Shown here: in pieces, positions 57,801-62,746 of the stretch
Position numbering within the stretch: the first letter of the stretch is position 1
Layout of the letters: each line of letters begins with the position of its first letter
From: Verrucomicrobia bacterium UBA3624
GTDB lineage: Bacteria; Verrucomicrobiota; Kiritimatiellia; RFP12; UBA1067
Reading direction: 5' to 3'
NCBI GenBank assembly: GCA_002373695.1
Contig: DFLH01000011.1
Location: forward strand, 1-62,746
DNA: 62,746 bases
The notes under the pieces: model-generated
The model's input: only the letters and a program-made list of their open reading frames with translations
What the model was told of the DNA's origin: nothing
Database searches by the model: none
Made by a program: the position numbers and the translations under genes

Positions 57801-59090
57801 TGCGCCGGCGGCAGAAGCATCGAAACGCAAAGCCGGCGTGATCGGCAGGTCGGAAGGAATCGGCCTTCGCGCAAATGCAATGGTTCCCTCCGAAACGACG
57901 AGCCTCCCACCCAGTTCGGAGGCGTCCCCCAGCTCAAGGCGTCCAGCGCCCGTCTTCGTGAATGTCGCCGCCATGCTGCGTCCGCCGCGAATCTTGCCGA
58001 TGGCAAGCGTATTGTCCGCCGCCACCTCGGCAACGCCCTGCATGCCGCCCGTGCCGTCGTCCGGCGGCGAATCGTGATACTGCGTATCGGAAGTCGTGCA
58101 TGCCACGCGGACCTCTCCAGCCGCAGAGCAAGACCCGTAACCGCGCACGGCAACGCCGAACCATTTTCTCGAAAGCATGTCCTCGATGCGCTTGCACAAG
58201 TCGTCGGAGAGGATTGTCGGATAGACTATAAGTTCCGCAAAGGCGATTCCGCCGGAACGGTTTTTCATGCTGGCATTGTCCAGTTCCTTCGTCCGCGCGT
58301 CGCCGATACCGAGGCCAATAGCCCCGATCTGGGCTGCGGCCGTGCGAACCGTCAAATAGTCCCATCCTCCGCTGAATCCGCACCGCAATGCATTCTCGAC
58401 CGGGGCGCCGTTCAGCCGACAGTTCCCGTTCCTGAGGTCGGTTGCCGCATCGGTTCCCACCATTGGGGAATCGACATGGTTTGGATTCCTGGCTCCCGTG
58501 ATCATGGAATAGCCTCGATGCCAGGCATATCTGGCCGAAGCCGCCGCCCCGACATTACCGCCCATCAGCCATCCGCCGCGGTTCTTCACTACTGCGAAGA
58601 TCGTACCGATGTTTGCCAGATAGTTTGTGGGAATCACGCCGGCATCTGGCGACCAGGGATCGAACGTCATGGCATTCTTCGATGCGACATTCCCGAAATC
58701 GACGACATAGGCGCCGATGTCCGAATCGTATGTCCATGCCGGAGCAAGCGGCGTATCGGTTGAAGACCAGCCGGTCCATGTGGCAGACGAGAAATCCGCT
58801 GTCAGATACCGGTCGTTCGAGAGCGAGGGAATGCGCGTGACGGTTCCGTTCGAGAACGTCCAGGCCTTGCCCGTCTCGTTCGTCCGCAGCGCGTCGAAAT
58901 GAAAACTTGGGACGCCGGCCTCGGCGGGCAGATCTTCGTCCGCCGCAACGGCAGCCGCAACGAGCTTCGTGACGTTGGTCGAGTACGAGACGGACGTCGC
59001 GTCCGCAATGTCGAGGGCGAACGCCCCTGACGCGAACGCCGCGAAAGCAACGACAATGGTTCTTCCGGCGAGTGCTTTTTCTCTTGTCAT
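54858..59090 (-). CDS. Large secreted protein with four ConA/LamG-like repeats joined by passenger-type linkers
   Basis: Four units starting [FL][HR][FV][DA]A and ending E[LV]xxY..L[ST]..L..KW; linkers TKTGAG / VKSGTG; ends VKGTVISIR. Confidence 0.8.
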   Translation of the reverse strand: MTREKALAGRTIVVAFAAFASGAFALDIADATSVSYSTNVTKLVAAAVAADEDLPAEAGVPSFHFDALRTNETGKAWTFSNGTVTRIPSLSNDRYLTADFSSATWTGWSSTDTPLAPAWTYDSDIGAYVVDFGNVASKNAMTFDPWSPDAGVIPTNYLANIGTIFAVVKNRGGWLMGGNVGAAASARYAWHRGYSMITGARNPNHVDSPMVGTDAATDLRNGNCRLNGAPVENALRCGFSGGWDYLTVRTAAAQIGAIGLGIGDARTKELDNASMKNRSGGIAFAELIVYPTILSDDLCKRIEDMLSRKWFGVAVRGYGSCSAAGEVRVACTTSDTQYHDSPPDDGTGGMQGVAEVAADNTLAIGKIRGGRSMAATFTKTGAGRLELGDASELGGRLVVSEGTIAFARRPIPSDLPITPALRFDASAAGAITSVGGYVTRWRNDGGETPNGQTCYAGAESDAARPRLIDAAVNGKPAVDFGAYVKGGGGCVLHIMTNDNIKAQVNYPATYVAVLSAEDGGGHVLGTDSAFSRSEEPTAFWKPLHASSGSWMAWMNGLRIDYPVSGYLTPDYQVTAVRAPNASVTCIGGSILNSQAVRGGLKLCELVVYKVPLTERQIEDAQAFLAWKWLGRVLPGYAAPAESAASESARPDVAHLVVDGGTVEVAEGASVKVGQISGGTLIKTGGGTLGVTSGSLSHQVTVRGGGIRQLQQPEPASACALADEAVFHVAADEASSLDTVSEGGTNFVERWHDLSPFRNVAWCPLSKTTKCKRPLVSEETLNGKPTIDFGEVSNGGSTLSLVKSIDNARAVYVVYKALSTANYAVLGTSGDTALDSGGSTHGFYCDFLAGSSSKLLYGYKDEQVKNGDIFMDGNKVAYNASIGSSWHLVEFHTLAGAHISSLARDRTTSRNGGVRIAEVLVYDRELTARERTATRNYLLNKWFPSIPQQDMPSPQTAVLGMGKLNAEGDCMLDGDGVLKVRDLVGHPEGTIVKSGTGELEVASASAFTGKVSVAAGVLKLKGAEPLDESGSPVLAGRLAHFDASENLACDSLGNITNWSSKVGTIRALPFLKGTDKAYMKADSSLYGLPTVVMPNKVSLRFAAADGTWASLSGVKSVFWVVGSQEGGGFILAGESGTYSFHRYYVSGDSPVGSIPDRAILHSSYAGGDIANTSRCTWRLNGETITASSQGLSGAWDVLSMNLGADSYTVPAVGGFAADARAYPTSGASGIERMGNQRLCEVIFYDHALTDDEVAKNEAYLKAKWGIGPAQTLQRNGLEVGLDGGSLDCNGASQYVAGLSGAGSVANGGLTVGERWTITLGQSGADIVSVAGPLAFGEGVSVRIENAEMLPAALYTTWMTVATATSIDGLAALNAATKEVPGATRYVSPRFRICDGSLQMLLSVKGTVISIR

Positions 59091-59130
59091 GGATTATGCC
59101 TTTCTCTTGTTGTTTTTCGCAAATCAAAAG

Positions 59131-59520
59131 TTACTTCTGCAAATTCCGCCTTCCCCTTTCGGCAAGGCAGGACAGGAAATCCGCGCGCGTATCAGCGTGG
59201 AAGAAACCCCGACATTCCGCCCCGATGGATGCCTGCGGACTGTTCGCGAAAAACGCCCGGATCTTCGGCGCATTGCCGCCCTTGAGCGCGCGGCAGAGGG
59301 AGGAACATGCACCTGTGCTGCCACCCGCGATACCGATCCTGGAAACATCAATGTTCCACTGGACTGCATGCGCCTGCACGTAGCGTATGGCGGCGACAAC
59401 ATCATCCATGCATGCCTTGACGGGCGGCTTCACGTCCTGGTCGTTGCCGTCTGCAATGAATCTGTATCCAACCGTGACGAGAGCGATGTCTCGTGCGCGG
59501 CACTCCTCAACCCACCCTGC
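59131..59520 (-). pseudogene. Alpha/beta-hydrolase esterase fragment
   Basis: VTVGYRF..KPPVKACMDDVVAAIRYV..WNIDVSRIGIAGGSTGACSSL aligns by eye with the esterase domain of 25658-28372; N- and C-terminal parts are missing. Confidence 0.75.
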
Positions 59521-59678
59521 GGCGGCTGGTAGCCGACGATTATACTCTTTCTTGACATGACTTGCCTCTTCCTGTATTCGGGTGGATTGGATTGTAGCAC
59601 CACGATCTTAAATAATGCGAAAACAAAATAGTAAAAAAATGCGAACGCCACTGTCCTGGGCCGAGAAAGGACTGTCAA

Positions 59679-59740
59679 GGGGACAGGCCCTTCAGCCTGC
59701 CACCCATTGATGGGGACACATTGATGGGGACAGACCCTTC
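59679..59740 (+). repeat. Cluster of GGGGACAG(G/A)CCCTTC units
   Basis: Units at 59679 and 59726; 14-bp tandem duplication cattgatggggaca at 59705-59732. Confidence 0.85.
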
Positions 59741-59882
59741 ATGCCACCGTTTTCGCCTTGCCCCTCCAAGCGGTTTCTGCTATACTTTCGTCCGTGACGC
59801 CTTTTGAGTATTTTTGCAGTTATGCGGCTTTTTCAGGTCGGGTGGCTTGAACCGCAGACACCACGAAAAAGAAGTAGCCCGA

Positions 59883-60018
59883 GGGGACAGGCCCTTCGAA
59901 AGGCGTTTCGTAAGTGGTGATTTGGCGTGAGGCGATTCGGTTGACGGGAATCGTTTGCGCGCAGGGAGCGGACGGGCGGCGGTCGCGGGGCGACCGCCAT
60001 ACCGGTCACGCGGGACGC
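59883..60018 (+). repeat. ~135-bp direct repeat, left copy, with GTAG-type REP hairpin
   Basis: Highly similar to 61593-61732; contains ggcggtcgcggggcgaccgcc. Confidence 0.9.
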
Positions 60019-60266
60019 GTGACCCTACCGCCGGATTTTGCGAAATGCGGTGGTAGTCGGCGGGAGGTTGACGCGCCGCGCGAACGAACCTTAAGCAGGT
60101 CTTCAACCACTTCTCGCCCACGACGGGCATCAAGGTGATATGGGGGCTTGAATACGGAAATTTGCAGTGCTATGGACAATCGGACGCCGGATAGTGTATA
60201 ATATCAGTAAACAAAAGCATTCATTGGCAGTAAACACTATTGCAAGGCAAGAAAAGGAGTTTGGAA

Positions 60267-61490
60267 ATGTTAAGAGCGCAAGTCATAGCGGAGGTCGCCG
60301 CAAAGCAGAAGGCGAACATTCTTGGGCGTTCGCCCGGGATGTCGCGCTTGGAACGTCTTGGAAATGTGCCGGCTGGGTTTCTGTCCGTTGTCACTGGAGT
60401 CAGGCGGTGCGGGAAGTCCACGTTGATGGAGCAGCAGATGCGCCTGGCGCCAGACAGTGCCTTCTATCTCAATTTCGAGTCGACGGCCCTCGCCGGGCTC
60501 GAGTTGAAGGATGCGGGCAGAATCGACCGCGCCATCGATGCCGTTGGCGCGAAACATCTCTTTTTCGACGAAGTGCAGCAGATGAAAGGGTGGGAACGTT
60601 ATGTGCGCACCAAGTTGGATGAAGGTTTTGACGTCACTGTAACTGGATCAAATGCCTCTGTGTTCGCCAAGGAACTTGGAACAAAGTTGACGGGCCGACA
60701 TGTCGACTGCGAGCTTTTCCCGTTTGACTATGGAGAGTATCTGGCATTTGTGAATACCTCAGAAGGTGCCGGAGCGACAGGCGAATATCTGCGGAGAGGC
60801 GGATTTCCCGCCTATCTTGCATCCGGAGACGAACGATTGCTGGAAACTCTTTTCGAGGACATTCTTGTCCGCGACGTGGTTGTCAGGCATGGAATCCGCG
60901 AGGTCGACGCATTGAGGCGACTGGCGTCCTATCTGGTAGAAAACATTTCGTGCAGAATCTCCGCAACGCGCTTGCGGCAGCCGCTCTCGATTTCGTCTAC
61001 CGCCACGATCCTGAAATGGTGCGACTATCTTTCCGATGCATATCTCTTTGACTTTGTGCCGATCTACAGCGCGTCCGTAAAAGTGCAGATGGTGAATCCT
61101 CGCAAGGCATATTGCATCGACACAGGGCTCCGGCATGTGCTTTCCGCTTCGACTGCTCCAGACGACGCGCGTGCATTCGAGAACATGGTTTATCTCGCAC
61201 TGCGCCGAGTATGCCGCGACATATCATATTTCGACGAGGGGGCGGGAGAATGCGACTTTGTCCCAGTTCAAAGGAAACGCGTGGGGGCTCCCGTGCAGGC
61301 GACGGTCACATTGAATGACGAGTCGGAAGAGCGGGAAATCAACGGAGTGCGGGCGGCAATGAAAGCATTGAGACGGAAGACCGGGTGGATAGTGACATTG
61401 GCAGACGAAGACGAAATGTCATTTGAAGAGGGAAATGTGATGATTGTTCCATTCCATAAGTTCAAGCCTGAGGCAGTGTTGACGCCATGA
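60267..61490 (+). CDS. AAA+ ATPase (AAA_14 + DUF4143 type)
   Basis: GVRRCGKST, FFDEVQ, TGSN, LTGR, GGFP, KAYCIDTGL, FENMV and ECDFV motifs; AGGAG RBS; TATAAT upstream. Confidence 0.92.
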   Translation: MLRAQVIAEVAAKQKANILGRSPGMSRLERLGNVPAGFLSVVTGVRRCGKSTLMEQQMRLAPDSAFYLNFESTALAGLELKDAGRIDRAIDAVGAKHLFFDEVQQMKGWERYVRTKLDEGFDVTVTGSNASVFAKELGTKLTGRHVDCELFPFDYGEYLAFVNTSEGAGATGEYLRRGGFPAYLASGDERLLETLFEDILVRDVVVRHGIREVDALRRLASYLVENISCRISATRLRQPLSISSTATILKWCDYLSDAYLFDFVPIYSASVKVQMVNPRKAYCIDTGLRHVLSASTAPDDARAFENMVYLALRRVCRDISYFDEGAGECDFVPVQRKRVGAPVQATVTLNDESEEREINGVRAAMKALRRKTGWIVTLADEDEMSFEEGNVMIVPFHKFKPEAVLTP

Positions 61491-61504
61491 AACTTCAATT
61501 CAAG

Positions 61505-61596
61505 AAATCTGAGGGGACAGGCCCTTCGCGCGTGACGCGGTTGGGTGGGGAAATCTGAGGGGACAGGCCCTTCGCGCGTGACGCGGTTGGGTGGGG
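61505..61596 (+). repeat. Two perfect tandem 46-bp units containing GGGGACAGGCCCTTC
   Basis: aaatctgaggggacaggcccttcgcgcgtgacgcggttgggtgggg x2. Confidence 0.95.
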
Positions 61597-61732
61597 ACGG
61601 ACCTTTCGGAAGGCGTTTCGGCAGGGGTGATTTGGCGTGAGGCGATTCGGTTGGCGGGAATCGTCTGCGCGCAGGGAGCGGATGGGCGGCGGTCGCGGGG
61701 CGACCGCCCTACCAAGCGGTCACGCGTGACGC
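61593..61732 (+). repeat. ~135-bp direct repeat, right copy, with GTAG-type REP hairpin
   Basis: The minus strand reads GGTAGGGCGGTCGCCCCGCGACCGCC. Confidence 0.9.
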
Positions 61733-61883
61733 GGAAATACGCGAATAAAATCCGAGGGGACTGGCCCTTCGGAAGGAGCGATTTTGCGCGAGACATTTTT
61801 GATCCGATTATATAAGGCCGGTAGGATTACATGTCCTCACGGAAGTAACGACGACGAAGACGATTGAAAGGCTGCCGGCGCGG

Positions 61884-61982
61884 CTGGCGAAGCATTACGG
61901 ATTTACGGAAGAAGAGCTGGACTTCATCATCAACTACGACATCAAGTACCGCATGGGCGACGAGCTGAACGCAGGAGAGTGA
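61884..61982 (+). pseudogene. C-terminal remnant of an Eco57I-like type IIG restriction-modification protein
   Basis: My translation gives LAKHYGFTEEELDFIINYDIKYRMGDELNAGE*, a tail I recall from such proteins; there is no start or upstream body. Confidence 0.65.
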
Positions 61983-62259
61983 AGGGTACGTGATGATGCG
62001 CGAATTGCTGAGAAAGAAATTAGGAGCAGCTCGGGGCACGGCGTTCAGTCGTCGACGGTTCGCTCCACGCCGCAGGGCGGTGGATCGTGCGGCCATTTGT
62101 ACCAACTGGTATTATGTCGGGGAGTTGGTATTTTGCGGGAAGGTCGCGAGGAATGTGCTTGTAGTAGGTGGAGACGGCGCGAAGTTCCTCGCTGGGGCGT
62201 TCATGCGGATTGAACACGATTACGGATTTCCCCGTGTTCTTCTTGAGGTAGGAATCCGA

Positions 62260-62281
62260 GGGGACAGGCCCTTCGCGCGTG
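62260..62281 (+). repeat. GGGGACAGGCCCTTC unit abutting a stop codon
   Basis: ggggacaggcccttcgcgcgtg lies 2 bp from the stop at 62284; another unit is at 61756. Confidence 0.85.
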
Positions 62282-62283
62282 TT

Positions 62284-62746
62284 TCAATAGACGAGCGAGC
62301 GGAAGTCGCTTATCCGATGAAAGGTGATCATGTCGCCATCGTGCGGATTTCTGGCCTGCGGAGAACCGGAGCGGGACAGCACCACGAGATCGTCGCCGTC
62401 GATCGCCATTGACGCATAGTGCCTCGACTCCGGCACGCTCGCTCCTGCCGCTACCAGGCCCGCGAAGCACCAGTCAACCATGTTGCGCGAAAACGAGAGC
62501 TGCATCCTCTGCCGCTCGTCATACGGCAGATTGAAACGCCCCTTGGGCAGCCGGTCGTGGCGGCAGAGCGTGTCAGTCGCCTGCGTGGACAATAGCCAGT
62601 AGAGCCTCGTCTTGTCGTCCCACAGCACGTGGAAGCGCATCTGCCCGCCGGGGAACGGCAGGAAGAGCATCTTGCGGCCGGACGGCGCGCGTTCAAGCGA
62701 GGTCTTCATCGTGCCGTCGGGCAGCTCCGTCACCTTCGCCATCGCC
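62284..62746 (-). CDS. Sialidase/BNR-like beta-propeller protein, C-terminal part (runs off the window)
   Basis: Asp-box-like SRNMVDW; HYASMAIDGDDLVVLSRSG and HDGDMITFHRI motifs. Confidence 0.65.
   Translation of the reverse strand, partial: AMAKVTELPDGTMKTSLERAPSGRKMLFLPFPGGQMRFHVLWDDKTRLYWLLSTQATDTLCRHDRLPKGRFNLPYDERQRMQLSFSRNMVDWCFAGLVAAGASVPESRHYASMAIDGDDLVVLSRSGSPQARNPHDGDMITFHRISDFRSLVY

Noticed and set aside
61505-61596. Possible CRISPR array
   Set aside because: Units are directly tandem or irregularly spaced, with no unique constant-length spacers and no cas genes.
62020-62217. 65-aa minus-strand ORF between repeat units
   Set aside because: No recognisable motif and a weak start context; may be a gene scrap but is unsupported.

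Overview
GC-rich (roughly 60-65%) anaerobic bacterial DNA. The gene content and protein style suggest a PVC-group (Kiritimatiellia/Lentisphaeria-like) glycan degrader; this is inference. Most of the window is minus-strand operons of secreted carbohydrate-processing proteins: GH127-esterase fusion, GH50-like, GH42-like, GH95-like, DUF4091, DUF1080, FAD oxidoreductases and a beta-helix protein. These are interleaved with large barrel-less passenger-repeat proteins. Housekeeping genes include a stand-alone EF-G paralog, a four-subunit electron-bifurcating-type [FeFe] hydrogenase operon, a two-component system, LysR and a CDF transporter. Most notable: (1) five unrelated exported proteins end in the same short G-x-hydrophobic-[RL] C-terminal tail, a candidate uncharacterised sorting signal; (2) a 54-bp direct repeat of the hydA 3' end brackets a 7.3-kb integrase-less island; (3) a RAYT-like transposase start at the left edge lies next to a GGGGxCAGxCCC repeat family that also partitions the right end into cassettes; (4) an orphan promoter-to-terminator small RNA candidate; (5) a ~300-bp intergenic inverted-repeat element; (6) a duplicated long-spacer promoter/leader; (7) a ~105-aa domain present three times in two adjacent genes; (8) several deletion pseudogenes. 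All calls come from manual motif reading; no searches were run.
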